A stretch of 64,000 nt of DNA from NCBI GenBank assembly GCA_038496445.1, contig JALMLS010000071.1, forward strand, positions 62,001-126,000. The letters run 5' to 3'. The DNA is from Trichosphaerium sp. ATCC 40318 (Eukaryota > Protista > Tubulinea). The notes under the pieces were generated by a model. That model made no database searches. It was not told where the DNA came from and saw nothing but the letters and a program-made list of their open reading frames with translations. Each line of letters starts with the position of its first letter. Position 1 is the stretch's first letter. The translations under genes were made by a program, and so were the position numbers. Shown one piece after another: positions 10,990 to 25,254 of the stretch.

Positions 10990-12903
10990 ATGTTGTACAC
11001 AGGTATACTCATAGCTCTTTGCGTTGTATTTGTGGCTTGGCTATTGAAAAATAAAAGCAACATACCTGGACCGACTGGATATCCTTTTATTGGGAGCGTA
11101 TTAAAGCTATCGAAAGATAGTGGACTTGTTCACGAGGTATTTGAAGAGGTACGGTAGAATAAAACTGCGTTTAGATTAACTTCTAAACTCGCTGTAGTGG
11201 CGTCAGTTATACGGTAACGTGTACCAATTTAAAGTGTTTGGAAAGACTTCGATAGTGGTTTCTGATTTTGACGACATCAAGAAAATCTTTCAAGATAAAA
11301 CCTACTTTTGCTCGTCACTTGTTTCAAACGACAAAGTATTAGAGGTATGCTTATATTCAACAATATTGTATACTCTCATCGGTTTCGAAAATATCCATGT
11401 GACTGTGATCTAACAACTGAAATCTGAATTAAGGCTTGCTTCTTCTTTTTTTTTTGTAACCCTTCCTTACCAAACGTTTAATCACGTGATCTTAATCAAA
11501 ATTTTTAGTCGCTCAAACTAGATCGCGCCTTGGGATTCCAACATGGAGATCAATGGAAAGTGATGAGAAAGTTAGTTGCTCCTGAGTTTACAAACAAGTA
11601 TTTAAGTACAAAGTTCGATGGTATTTTACAGGCGCTTGAAGAGAAGATTGACGAAGTAAAGAATCTTGCAAAGGATGGTAAACCTCTGGAAGATCCTTAT
11701 GAATTAGCATCAAGAATAACATTCGGTGTTTTATCTAACATGTTTTTGAAGATTAGTGAGTTTGAAGGTAAGTGGTGTAGCTTTCTTTTCTTTTCTTTTT
11801 GTAAGTTGTCTTTAGAAGATAAACTCAAAAAACGTGAGTTACTGGACACTCTTCAGAAGTTATTGATAGTTCTTATAAGAAGAGGATCTGCCCCAGTAGA
11901 ATATTGGCGTTTACCATTTTTAGTACCTAAGGTAACTACATGAGTCAACACAAAGCGTTCTAATTATAAATAGGAAGAAACAGACTTTTATAATTCGTTG
12001 AGCAAGGTTGTTCTTCCATTTCTAGAACAGGTCTTGCACAAAGCTAAAAACAACTTGAAAGTACCTGGACGCAAACCAGATAATATAATAGAGGTACTTA
12101 TCTACCACAAGTCACTTTGCTAATAAAGATTGTTTGAAGGAAATGTTGCTACAAACAGATAAACAATTTTGGAATAGTGAATGTATCTTATCAAATGTTC
12201 TTGGTCTATATCTTGGAGGTGTAGAGACGACAGCAACTACAATGGTAACAATATTGTTTGCATTATGCAAGCATACAGAGTTTCAGGATATTATTTATAA
12301 CGAGGTTGCACCATTGATGAAGAAAGATGACTTAAATTTCTATGATTTTATGAATAACAAAACACTATCCAACTTTGTCAAAGAAGTCTTGAGACTCTAC
12401 GGACCAGCGATTTTTTTCAATCGCAAAGCAGTTAAAGATTATACATTGAAGTCCAAACACGGGAGTAAGAGTTATTTTCTAAAAGAGGAAAAGAGAAATA
12501 TTTAGTACTAACTGTTTTTGTTTAGCTTATACGATTCCTGCAGGAACTATGGTCCTTCTGAACACCACATCTGGATATCTTAACAATAACATATTTAAAG
12601 AAGCTAATAAATTTAATCCTGATCGATTTAATACAACAGGTACATCGGTAGTATAATTCAATTCTGTTTTTTTCCTTACTTTCTTTTCAAGAAACTTTAC
12701 CGTACTTTGGATTTGGTGGAGGTCCACGTGTTTGTCTAGGAAAGAATCTTGCAATCATAGAATTAGTGATCTACACAGCATTGATTTGCTACAATTTCAA
12801 GGTATCAGAAGCACCTGGATGTCATCTAAAAGACATAAGGTTTGTTTTAAAACCTGCATTGGGAATAGAAGGGCTTTCAGTTCAACTATCAATGCGTGAG
12901 TAA
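10990..12903 (+). CDS. Cytochrome P450, copy 2 (inverted duplicate of copy 1)
   Basis: Same motifs and intron positions as 4424-6333, with near-identical nucleotide sequence. Confidence 0.93.
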
Positions 12904-13522
12904 TAAATTGTTCTAAATAAACACTTGTCAACACCTTATCAACTCTGTCATTCTGAGCATGACATAGCACAAGCCATCATCCCAGCACCTAAGTGTTGTT
13001 AGCAGGATCTAGCAATAGCTTGGTTCAGTATTTTTGTTTGTTTGGTTGAGTTGATACAAAGCTTTGTCAGGCCATGTTGTTCTACTTGTACATTGGTTCC
13101 AGTTGAGAAATTTGTTCTAGTACTGCTAGCCAGAAAACTATCGGCAAGTCAAATTGAGTCTTTAGCTTTTTTGTGAAACTATCAGAAAATGGCAATAGGA
13201 GCAGTTTGAAAACGTTTTACAATGCTGATGGTTTAATGTGTCTACATTAGCCAATGACGTTTTTCAAAAAATCAAAAAACGTGGCTTACAGCACACACTT
13301 GAAATTTGAACCAGCCAATGCAACCTGTTAGTTCTCATTTCCCCAGATTTCAGCCATCTACCAATAACCAAAATACAATCACCCCTTGAACTTAGCTACA
13401 AGTTCATTAAACAAAGCTTATGGTTGTATAGATACACGTGCACTTAACAAAAAAAAACAACACAAGAAAAAAAAAACTTTGTTAGATTCTTGTTTTGTGA
13501 AACAGATTTCGAGTCTATGTGC

Positions 13523-16500
13523 TCACTCTCTTGGGTGTACTGAGTGAACGGAAGGCGTGGCCCACATTTGTCTTTTAGTAAGCATATCACCATCATCGCT
13601 GAATGAGTCTGAGCTTAGTGTATCTTCTTCACTTGCTTCCTCTTCGTCTTTGTCAGGTTGCGCTCCATCTGGTGAATCCCCGCTTGTTTTTTTGTTTAGT
13701 GAAGATTCTTTCCACATCTTTCTTTGTTCTAGCATATCACCATCATCATCGCTAAAGTCATCGTCATCACTATCTGGGGTAGAACTTTTTTCTTGTTTTT
13801 TTTTCTTGACATCTGTTTTGCTCTTTCTAGTCGCTCTCCCCGATTTGCCTCTCGATTTACTTTTGCTCTTTTTCGCTTTTCTGGCATACACAAGGTATTT
13901 CGGTACAATCTGAGCTTCCTAGCAATAAGTCAGTACCACACAATAAACCTTGTTACGGAGTCTATGCTATATCACGTGGCTTTGTTTCATACCTGAAATA
14001 CAACTAGCTCTGTGAACTTTGGTCCTCTACCTTGATATATTGTTCCTTTACGACCTACTTCAACGCAATGGGACTGATAACCAGAGATTCCTTGGCATAA
14101 AATAATGAGCAAATCAATAAAAACAAAATGCAATTCAACCAAATTTAATACACGCTCACCTGGCATCCCTTTTAAGAGCTTGATCCATGAGGTTCTTCAA
14201 TCACAGGATACATATTTCCAGGTATAATATAACTTACAATGAAAATCTTAACTTCATCGGTAGAGTACTTTGCAGCGTATTCAGCATTGTCAGTAAAGTA
14301 CATGCCTTAAACAAAAGAACAATAAGTTAACAACTGTTTTTACATTGGCTTCTTACCTCGTCCATACCAACCAGCATCAACTGTAGCAAGTGAAGCGAAT
14401 CCTGACTGACATATACTATCAACAGCCCCAGCTGATGTTCCATGAACACCGAGGTACAGGGACATCTAAGGTGTTAGTGATAGGCCATCTGTTTGTTTTG
14501 TTATAGTTGATTACCTTTCTGTTCTTGTTGAATGGATATTTTGCCATTGCTGCTTTGAATGAGTTTAAAACAGCGTTGCGTTTGTTCATTTTTCCCAGTT
14601 TTTTCCAGTGCTCCCTTGTTAGTTCAGGTTATTATCAAATTTCTTTAAAAATTGGTTTTGCGGTTGCCTTACCTTTTGAAAAGCCACGGAGCTTTATCCT
14701 AAAAAAAAATCACGTGTGAGCGGTGCAGTTAGTCTACGTAATTTGCTTTTATCTTACCCATTTATTTTGGAGTGTATTGTATTGTGATTGGAATTGCATT
14801 TCTAGATCCTTACTCTGTATGGCATACACTTTGTCAATATCAAAAGAAGCACCATTTAAATGATTACTGTAAAGAATTAGAACCGTTATATTTAGATAAA
14901 GAATAGAACCACTTTACATACTTCCAGTAATTCATAAACTCACGATGTTCCATGTTAGACCAGTAACCAATCTTTGTATCATCAAGACAGTAAATCGAAT
15001 AAGGATTTCTCCCGTATCCCTTAGGTTGCCATCCATGACCAACATTTACAAACTCAGGTGAGAATCCCCAAGGCCTGTGTTCAGGTTCTTTTGAAAGGAA
15101 TAAAGTAAAACTGTACCTAAGAAAACAAGCGTCAAAATTCTGTCACACGTGATGAAACACAAATGGTTTTATACCCTATTTGAACATCTGAAAAGTCAAA
15201 GTCATCAAATTGTGGGAGTCGTATGAACTCCTCTTTCGTATCATGGATACTGTCTCCTAGCCCAAGCATTCCGTTTGGATCTTTGCCGTTCATATAAACG
15301 CCACCACACTCTTAAAAAAAAAGGTAAGAAAAACTGTTTGTTCACTTTTTTATATTTACCATCAATGATTGCTACGAAATGGTTATATATTCGTCCACAT
15401 GGTGTAGCGATAACAATTGTTGGTTTTCCTTCCTGTTGTTTATAAACGATAGGCTCCTTTGTTATCTTTAAAGGTTCATTAAGCTTGCCCTTTTGTCCTA
15501 TCCAATGGTACACATCACCACTTTCTATTTATTGTATAATCAATACAAAAGTTTACCAGTTTCTAGGTCCCTTACCTGTTACTGCGGTAAAACACATGAT
15601 ACGGTATCTTATGTTGACAAAATTATTTCCTTCTGAAAAGGGAATAACAGTATTATCATTATTTACTCGAAGGATATCTCCCTCCTCTTGAAGTAAGTTA
15701 ATAGTTGTTTAAGAAAAAAATCAGAAAATCAGAAATTTATTTTTTACCTGAAAGAGCGAACACAGCTTTTAACTACAAGTAGTATACGTTAGTTTTAGGA
15801 ATTTAATAATTGAAGTGTACGTACGCTTACTGCTATACTTTTTATCTTTCCAAAGTCATGGTTGATCCTTAAATTGAAAAAAAGTTCAGTCAGATTTTTT
15901 ATGTCTATAATCTTGTCTTAACGTACTTTTTAAACGAGCTTCTTTGTTCGTATATCTCGCCTTTGTTGCTCAATACAATAGTTTGTTCTTTACCACAATC
16001 AATCATAGATATCACTATGTTATCAATATCTTGCTTTACTGGGGAGTAGTATTTTTCGGTTGACTTGTACTACAAACATGTTAGAAGATTGAAACTTTGA
16101 AGATGGTCTACCTGTCCCCAACAAAACAGTTGATCATCATGTGTCACTGCTGCAGCGCATACTATACCCGCGCCTATTAGCTTAATCTGATCATGGAACA
16201 TTATTCTATGTGGCTCAGGGAAGTTATCGCCCTGCACACCAATGCCAAGTCTAAACAAACACTTTGCAAAAGATCGATTGTTGACAACTTACTCTCCGTT
16301 AAAGTTGGCTCCCCACGAATAAACTTGACCAGTTGCTATCGATACGTAAATATTAACACGTGGTAGTATGTAGTACTTGTTAACACATAGCAAGATGACC
16401 TGCCGACAGCAATTGCCTTTAGTTTAATATTGTTTAGCTGAGTAACTAGCGTTGGGACATTCATCTTTCTTCTTGACATGCTTCCGGTCATCGCAACTCT

Positions 16501-17406
16501 ATTGCTCATCAAAACAAAGCTTCATTATTTAACATACCTATGCTTGACATTCGCGCTCTACGATTTTAGTTAGAAACAGCCACTGATACGAAAAAGAGAC
16601 CGTACCTCTACTTCCAACAAAGATGGAACATCCTCCAAATTATAAACAAAAGGAGCTGTGAAATTGACTTTAAACGAAGCAGTAGATGCTTCAATACCAA
16701 TGACCGGATAGAAATTTGGTACTTTCGCACCCAATGTGCTCTGAAATCCTAGAAAAGCGCCATTTAAAGTGACGAACACCTATTTTCAAAAACCACAGAA
16801 TTAGTAAAGAATCATCATACGAAAATACTTACTTTTCCTGTGACACTGTCCATGCCCATACCAACTGTTGTTCCATGGTAGGCCCAAGGTTTAGATATAA
16901 CACGGTTTTCGTAGCCTTCAAACAGGCGTCCATCTTTGCTGTACCAAGCTAAAACACTTTAATGCTGAAGGCGGGTTTTTTTTGTAAAATGGACTTGAGG
17001 TTAACGGCACGTGATTCCAACTTGCCTACAACACCGTCATCTTCCATAAAATGCACTGTCCCGTCTATTAAACCCATTGCCATTTGCAAAGCTCCACCTG
17101 AAAGCCCCAACACAGTAACCTACGCATAGTAACCATGTATAGCGTTGTTTGTCTTGATTGTTACCTCAAAGTACTTTATTAGTCTAGGTTTGTTTAATTT
17201 CACGTGCCAGCCTTCTTGGTCTTTGAAGGAACATGTAGACAATATGTTAGGGTAATTGTCAGGATCTAAAACCGAGTTACATCTTTTTTTTTACGTATTG
17301 GGGAAACAGGTTACTGTCTTTGATCTTTTTTATGTACACACGTACTCTCTTTAAAATCAAACTCAAGGGTGTCGCCCTTTCTAACGTAATCTATACCGTA
17401 TTCCAT
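13523..17406 (-). CDS. SPRY + RCC1-repeat + PARP-like ADP-ribosyltransferase; apparent 1-nt deletion near 14173
   Basis: SPRY (YFEV, VGMG, FYPVIG, VNF); RCC1 (YSWGANFNG, FCWGQ, GMLGLGD); catalytic HGT...GWYGRGMYFT...GYQSH...TELVVFQ; acidic/Lys-rich tail. In-frame TAA at 14172-14174 unless one T is restored. Confidence 0.78.
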
Positions 17407-18099
17407 AAGGTGCTTCCCGTGTTGTGTTGTTGAGAAGTGATGGCTACAAATTTGTCCGCAAACCCAAAATTGGCGCACCTAAGAAAAATAGCTGAAAATA
17501 TCGCAAGGTAGGCACGTGATAAACAAAGAAAACGTGGTGGATGAAATTATATCGGCTCTAGGTTGTATTTTTTTCCCAACGTTAGGCGTACTCAATACCC
17601 ATGATGTTTAAACAAAGTAAATGACAAAAGAACTGGATTATTCACTCCCCCAAAAAGAGCTTACGTTTTTTTTTTTACCAGGTGCTTGTCAGATCAAGAC
17701 AATCCGACATTTTAGACGAATACGTTTCGGACAGATTTGACGCTTTTTTCAAGGCCAAAAAACAGAACTCAAAAATGTGATCCGCAGCTAATATTATGGC
17801 TTGATGGCGAAATTGTTAGACAAAACAATGATTACTTTACAGAAAACCCTACGGTACCACATGTGGCCATCTAATAGCCTCAAACCTTTTTGTATGGCTA
17901 CAAGCTCATTGTATTTTTTTATTGATGTAAGAATCTTGAATCACATGCAGAACATTCTCATAATTTCAAAAAAAAAGATGAAAAGACTTAACAGTAGTTT
18001 TTTATTTTATTTTTGCTTTTTTCTCTGTCTGAAACTAAAATTAGGCAAAAAAGTTGCTTCACTCCTCGAGTTTAACATCTTCATCAGTGGAATCATTCT

Positions 18100-20842
18100 C
18101 AACCGCAGCCCACATCTAGGTTTTCCCAAATAAGTAAACGAAAAAAAATACTATTTGATAAAAAGAAGACAAAAGGCTTACATTCTGTTGTGTATCGGTG
18201 GTATCAGCTGCGCGCCTTGTTTTATCTCTATGACGCCATACACATATCACTATAGTAAATAAATACAAAAATTACACATGAGTGTTGGTAACACACTCAA
18301 AAACAAAACATGTCAGAAAGCAGCAACTTCAAGTTTTTTCTTCTGTGTTAGAAAAAAGTTATTACGCACTCAAGCAGCCAAAGATACCCAAAAACAGTAA
18401 TCCGGCAATACAAGAAGCTAGTACAATCCATTGTTCATGATTAAAATGGTATTTTGATGTACAAGTCTTGCTGTACAAATGAGCTTGTGACCCAGAAACT
18501 AGAACAACAAATGAGCAACAAAAAATATACAACTTATTTCTTTCGTACATTCACATGCTCCAAAAGGTCCTATTAAAGCTATATTACACTCAACGTCTGA
18601 TACATCATTCGATGAAGAGTGTCTGTTATTCTTCATCTCTGTACTGTCAATCTCAATATGAGATTGTTCACAAAAAATACCGCCACCTAAAAAAATTAGC
18701 TTGAACTTCATATTAACTTTCTTACCAAGTCGCGTTACAACATTTCCATCAAATACATTATTATTATGAAGATAGAGCTCACTTGAAGACTGTATACTCA
18801 TACCTCCTCCACGGATAGCTATAAATATATTAGGGCTGATAATTTTATGAAAACTGGTGCCTGTGTTATTTATTATTTTTGTCGAAGAAATATTACATTT
18901 TGATTGAATAATACATGCCAAAGCACCTAAGCAAATTATAAATATCAACATATTAAAACCTGGTTGTAAATATCACCTCCATTACTAGAAACGACATTCT
19001 CAACGAACATTGTGGTTGTAGTATTGACAATCTACAAAAAACATGAACAACAACAGGATGTTTTTTTTCTCCTAAAGCAAAAATGACTCACTGCTTCTGA
19101 AGCAAAAATACCACCTCCATTGAGTGCAGTATTTTTTGACAAATATGTCTGTTCAAAACATGCACATGCACTCCTAGCACAGTATATACCACCACCAGTG
19201 AAGGCATGGTTTGAAAGTAATGTAGTATTTTTTAACCTGAGATCACCTAAAAAGGAAAAATAAGAGACAAACTCAAATTGCGGTTACAACAGCTTAAAAA
19301 CAAGAAATAATCATCAAAGTACCTGCAACAGCTGAAATAGCGCCACCATAGCTCTTTCCTTTATAAGAAGCTGAATTTTCTTCAAAATGGGAGCCGTAAA
19401 TAATACAAGTTCCTAAACAACTTTTACAAAAACAAAAAAAAACGGCTACCAAAACGCTACCTGCATGGACTGATATAGCACCTCCATAATCATTTGCAAC
19501 ATTCCTGGAGAAGGTCGAAAAGTTTATTGTACCAGTAGCATACTCGCCTTTGGAATAAGTCAGCCTCAATCTTTGAAGAGAACAGAACTTTTTTATTTTT
19601 ATTCTTTGTACCAACGTAGAGAGCACCACCCTTAACTGAAGCAGAGTTACCTGTAAAAATCCTAGACATTAAACATTAATAATGCAAATGGGAGATATAA
19701 CACGTGCTACAGTTCTATTTGAAACAAAAGATGAAATGATTAAAAATAACGTACGAATCATCGATAGAATACTTTGTTGCCCAAAGGCGTACAGCGGCAA
19801 CGGATGATGCTGTATTGTTTATGAATTTAGAGTTCTTAATAATCAATTCTGATTCTTTTGGATCAGCACCATGAATTGAGATACAAGATCCTGTCCTTCC
19901 TGACAATCCAAAAAAAGTAAGCGCAATATATTTTTCTAAAGCCAATTTTGGACATACCTTCGTTCCTTTCGAAAGCAACACCTTCAACGCTCAATTTTCC
20001 CTTTGATAGCAATTCAACAATAACACCATCAACTACAAAGGGTGTCACATTTTGTGACACATATCTAGGTGTCTCACACGAGCATTTAAACGTCCTTAGG
20101 AAAATAATAAAAACAGTTCCAAAAAAAAAAAAGTTTTTTGTGTTTTCTTGAGTACCTTCTTCGCTCACACAATCAGAAAACGTCAAATTAATTAAAGAAA
20201 GTGATAGAGTACTGTTAGACGCAGTGCCGTTGCTTAATAAACGTTGTTAGATTTGTTTAGAAGAAAGCTAAAAAAAAACGCTTAAAGAGGCGTAAAGAAA
20301 CGTACAGTGTAATTATAGAAGTATCATTAGACGCGCAAGTGATTGTAGTAAGTGCTGCGCCATTTTCGGACGTAATTGTAAGATCCTGGTTTATAAGCGT
20401 CACAGGTGGTACTGTAGTAGTATTAGCAAATGGGTACGGCGTAGAGCGTAATTTATGGGTTTAAAATGTGCTTGTTTATGAACCGGTGTCCCAAATGGTT
20501 TCAAGAGGATCCACAAGTTATTTTAGTGCGTTTTGATGTGGTTTGCGTACGTTTAAACTTTCCGTTACCAACAATAATTCTACCGACATTACCAGCAACT
20601 GAGATAGCTTCTATTATACTCAAACAGGGCTGGCCTTCGTTTCCGCAACCAGGATCATCGCTACCTGTTTTTTGGACATGAATGAGCTTCTCTACGCGCA
20701 CATCTGTTTAAGGGCATCAGTAATAACCATTTAGGTGCGCCAGCTTCAACATCATTTTATTTAACGTACCGCGTTTTGTACTGGCCAGTACTATTGTTAG
20801 TACAACTCCAATACAGACGCAAAAGAGCGTAAGATTGCTCAT
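18100..20842 (-). CDS. Membrane protein with polymorphic-membrane-protein / pectin-lyase-like GGAI repeats
   Basis: Signal peptide, GSDDPGCGNEGQPCLSI, repeated FxxNxA..GGAI, C-terminal Cys-rich segment and TM helix; 3' end approximate. Confidence 0.75.
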
Positions 20843-21138
20843 ACGTGCTTTTAAATAACACAATTGCAAGTACACTGCCTTAACATTGATTGTACCTGCA
20901 CGTGGGACTCTGAAGCCTACATGGAGGCAACAATAGGGTATTAGGACTGAGTGGCAGTAATACTCAGTAACCGTTTTAATTTAGCGAGCAACTGAACACT
21001 TGTAATTGTAACACTACGAAGAGCCGATCCATGCTGATTATTGACAGGCTCGGCGGTCCAGATTTCCACACGGAACGGAAAATGGAGGAATGTGATTTTA
21101 GGAACCGCTTTAGTTTCAAGTACTAGATTGTGTTAGCA

Positions 21139-23829
21139 ATGAGTCGTATATCAACTAGCGGCGAAAGAAACGGCAAAACAACACGCCAGGAAACATGCAC
21201 CAACAATCTGGTCGATGCGTTACTTACAGACTTGTATCAAGTAACAATGGCGTATGCTTACTGGAAAACAAAAAAACATGAAGTACACTCTGTTTTTGAT
21301 TTGTACTTCCGTAAAAACCCGTTTCATGGTGAATATACGATATTTTGTGGTCTGGGAGAAGTACGGAACGCCTTTTGATTACTTTTAACAAAGTGCTAGG
21401 TATTATGCTTCCTTCAAAACTACAAATTCTCCGCTGAAGGTGTTGAATACCTAAAAGGTACGCTTCCGCACGTTGATAGCGGATTTTGGGATTGGCTGCA
21501 AGCAGTTGATTTGTCACAAGTAAAAGTACGTTAAAACTATCTTAAACCGTTCTTTTACGCTAAACGCGTCTTAGGTGTACGCTATCAAAGAGGGAACAGT
21601 AGTATTTCCACATACTCCTCTCATTCGCGTCGAAGGACCTCTAGCCATTTGCCAACTGCTAGAAACTACGCTATTAAACCTAGTGAACTATGCTAGGTAA
21701 CTTACAAGCACAAAACGTATCAATTGTACTAAGTATTCTTTTTTTAGCCTGGTAGCAACGAACGCAGCTCGCCACAGAGTAGCAGCTGGTAAAGATAAAG
21801 TGCTGTTAGAATTTGGCCTTAGAAGAGCACAAGGTCCAGATGGAGGTGAGTTTTAAGCAAAATCGTTGAACAAATCGGTTCGCGTTTTTCGAACACTTCT
21901 TCGAACATAAACATTTCGTCGTATTTAATAGCATTTACATAGGAGTTAGCGCTTCTCGATACGCTATTATGGGCGGATACAATGCCTCAAGTAACGTAAA
22001 AGCTGGTAAGTTTTGAACGTCTTTTTTTCATTGAAATCGAAGAAAACCGGTTTGTTGGTTTTATATCTAATACTATTGTTAGGTCAGATATTCAAGGTGA
22101 ATATTGCAGGAACTCAAGCACATAGTTTCATATCGTCTTTTATTGGACTATCAGACTTGTCAACTACAAAACTCGTATGTTCACAACATATTTCTACAAC
22201 TTTATTGAATTTTTGAGTGATTCGTTTTTTTACTCTTTTCTCGGATGTCAAAATTGTTTTTTAGTGTTATAACACCTATGCTTAGGAGAGTAAGAAAGAT
22301 GGCAAGGAATACGACTTTTTAGAAATCACTATGAAGTATAGAAAGCAGCTACCAAATGTTGCTTCTGCTAAAGAAAATGAACTTGCTGCGTTCTTGGCAT
22401 ACGCTATGGCTTTTCCAAATGGGTTCCTCGCACTTACTGATACGTATAATACTATTCATAGCGGTGCAGTCAACTTCTTGGCAGTAGCACTAGCACTTGA
22501 TGAACTCGGTTACAAGGCGGTAAGTGCTATTTTTAAAAGAGCCATTTTACAAAACCAAAACTTTTGCGAATTGTTTATATTGTAGCTTGTACAAGAGACT
22601 ACTACGCATGAAAATCGGTTTATATATATGTATAATGTTTTGCGCAACGCATTCACTACTCTATATTTAAACTGATCAATAGCTCGAGAGCTTGAGAAAC
22701 TTTTTTTTTGAAATTTCTCATTATCTCTTTCTTCGTTGTATTTAGCCTGTGCATCCTTTATATCTTAGTAATCTTTAGGTTGGTATTCGTCTCGATTCTG
22801 GTGATTTAGCTTACTTCTCCAAAAAAACACGTGATGTATTTAAAGCAGCTGCAAAGCAATTTAATTTACCTTACATTGCTGATCTCAAAATTGTTGCGAG
22901 TTCAGATATCAGTGAAGAGATTCTTCACTCACTAGTTCACCAGAATAGTGACATTGATATTTTTGGAATTGGTACAAACTTGGTAACATGTAAACGTACA
23001 CCAGCTCTTGGATGCGTATACAAGTTAGTAGAAGTTGATGGTTTGCCTCGAATGAAGATTTCGAATAATGTAGAGAAAGTCAGTATTCCTGGTAAGAAAG
23101 ATCTTTACAGATTATTTGGACAAGATAATAGACCAATTCTGGTATGTATCTATTTTATAGTTTATATAATATACATGTTTTGTGAACTACAAGTTCAAGA
23201 CGCTTGCCAAAACGCAAACTATTTTATTTCTATTTTATTTTTTCTTTGTACATTTTCATTGTTTTGGTTACTTCTTTCTTATTTTATTAAAGGATTTGAT
23301 GGTATCTGCTGGAACTGAAGCTCCGAAAGTAGGAGAACGTATACTATGTCAACATCCATATGTTGAAAGCAAACGTGCATGGGTACGAAAGAATTAGTTT
23401 AGTTTTATTTTTATCTATTTTTATCTAACTTTTCTCATCAGGTTCGCCCAAGTAAAGTTGGAGCTCTGTTTCACAAGGTGTGGGACGGTAAACGTGTAGA
23501 TACTGAAGCAATTTCGAATGATATTTATGATACACGGTACGTAGTAGCGAGATAGGAAGAGGAAAAAAAGAAAAAAACATTATCTTCTAAACAGCGATCC
23601 GTTTTTAGGGAATATGTTCTTGAACAGATTTATTCACTTCGTGAAGATATTCTCCGTTATGTTAATCCTACGCCATACAAGGTATGATTTTACCTGTAAA
23701 TAACTATCACGTGATTTTGTTACATCAAGTCTAATGCGTTTTTAATACTAGGTGTCAGTTGATAGGAATCTGTACAAAGTATTTCATGACTTATGGACAC
23801 ATGAGTTACCAATTGAAGATCTACAATAA
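21139..23829 (+). CDS. NAPRT: Nicotinate phosphoribosyltransferase
   Basis: [79 protein letters not shown]. Confidence 0.96.
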
Positions 23830-24225
23830 ATACAAAAGTTTGGTGGCTATTGCTTGCCTTTACTAATAACATCTTTTGTAACAAACGAACAACCATTCAA
23901 CTAGCTCTCGTGCGTCTACCAAGCTAACAGTAGCCTGGTAACCCTCTTACTGAGTGATGAACGTCGTTTTGTTTCTACAGGCTCCAATATCGTAACAGGT
24001 ATGCAATACCAGAGTACTTATCACAAAATCTTATTTTTTTCCATCTTTGATAGAGGCTTCATTTTGGTCTAAACAAGAAAGTTTACACCTAAGTCGTTAC
24101 AACCCTAAGACACTAATACCTCTATGAAAACAACCAAAATATATGCACGTGGTTGTTCGCACGTGAAGGCAAATAGCAACTATTAAGTGTTTGTTTATTG
24201 CTCTACACAATTCGTTACTGTTCTC

Positions 24226-24999
24226 TCAGCAGTAGTCGTGTTCAAACCATAAGACACCAGCTACAAAACCGAATCTGTTGTACCCAAGAACGAACGTGAT
24301 GTAACAACGATAGCTCCTAACATTAGCTACATTATATGTATCCTTTACGCTGACATCATCCAGATTACCTGAACAATAGCTCAATGTCTTTGGATCAAGG
24401 CGTGTAACCTTGTCGTAAAAGTTCACTCCTTTCATGCCGATAAGCTTTAGCAAGTTTTGGCCAGATGGAGGATGCTCTTTACTTTGTTCTGATCTCTTGT
24501 GGTTGCTGGTATGTAAAAACCCAACAACTTCGTAGTCTAGACGAAAACCATTGCCGTAAGAGAGCCCTTCCGTTTCCGTGTGTTCAAAGGATAGGTATTC
24601 TTTCAAAGATAATAGTGTGAAAAGCCTCTTTTTACAATCTCCAATATCACTTGAGCATGTTGTGGGGTCTAGAAGAAGAGATGTTTCCTTTGGCACTAAA
24701 ACTCTAAACAACTTTTCTTTACGTGAAGCCAATCGAACCAAGTTATGTTCAAAGTTACTCTCGTAACTAGAGTGGTCTGATATCTCCTTTTTAATCTCAA
24801 TTTGCCATAATTGTATGTAATACGCTATCGTTGCTTGTGCAATGCTTTTACAGATTGTATTTGAGCGAAATGTAAGTGACACAGACAAACAAACGGTAAG
24901 TGCTTCCAGGTCTGTTAATAATACCTTTTTGAGTATCTCTTGTATAATCTCTGGTGGTATTGATCCAAATGAATCAGCTACAGCCTCTTCTTTAGACAT
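24226..24999 (-). CDS. Intronless F-box-like protein with unknown C-terminal domain
   Basis: FGSIPPEIIQEILKKV...CLSVS F-box-like N-terminus; uninterrupted ORF of about 257 aa from the ATG at 24999. Confidence 0.65.
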   Translation of the reverse strand: MSKEEAVADSFGSIPPEIIQEILKKVLLTDLEALTVCLSVSLTFRSNTICKSIAQATIAYYIQLWQIEIKKEISDHSSYESNFEHNLVRLASRKEKLFRVLVPKETSLLLDPTTCSSDIGDCKKRLFTLLSLKEYLSFEHTETEGLSYGNGFRLDYEVVGFLHTSNHKRSEQSKEHPPSGQNLLKLIGMKGVNFYDKVTRLDPKTLSYCSGNLDDVSVKDTYNVANVRSYRCYITFVLGYNRFGFVAGVLWFEHDYC

Positions 25000-25254
25000 C
25001 GTATACGAAATCATGTGACATCGGAATAAAAATAAATTTCGCCGTTTTTCCACGAAAAAACAAAGTAGGACACATGGTTTGAACTAGAGCACTTTGGTCT
25101 TCCATTAGTACTGTTCTAAGGTGGTTGTTTATGTGTCCATTCAAAAAACGTGAACTACTATCTTTTTGCTGTATGAGTTGTAATTTGCATAGTTACAACT
25201 GATACTGTTTAATAACTACGAAATTTAGCAAGTGCTTCCTTTGTCTTGATCTTC

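Larger units (their letters stand above)
4313..13010. repeat. Inverted duplication: arms about 4313-6425 and 10900-13010, spacer about 4.5 kb
   Basis: Exons, introns and flanks of the two CYP genes are reverse complements with few differences. Confidence 0.92.

Noticed and set aside
13557-13913. Antisense ORFs in the ORF track (also 44005, 32997, 54098, 47575, 62604)
   Set aside because: They are shadows of real genes on the opposite strand.
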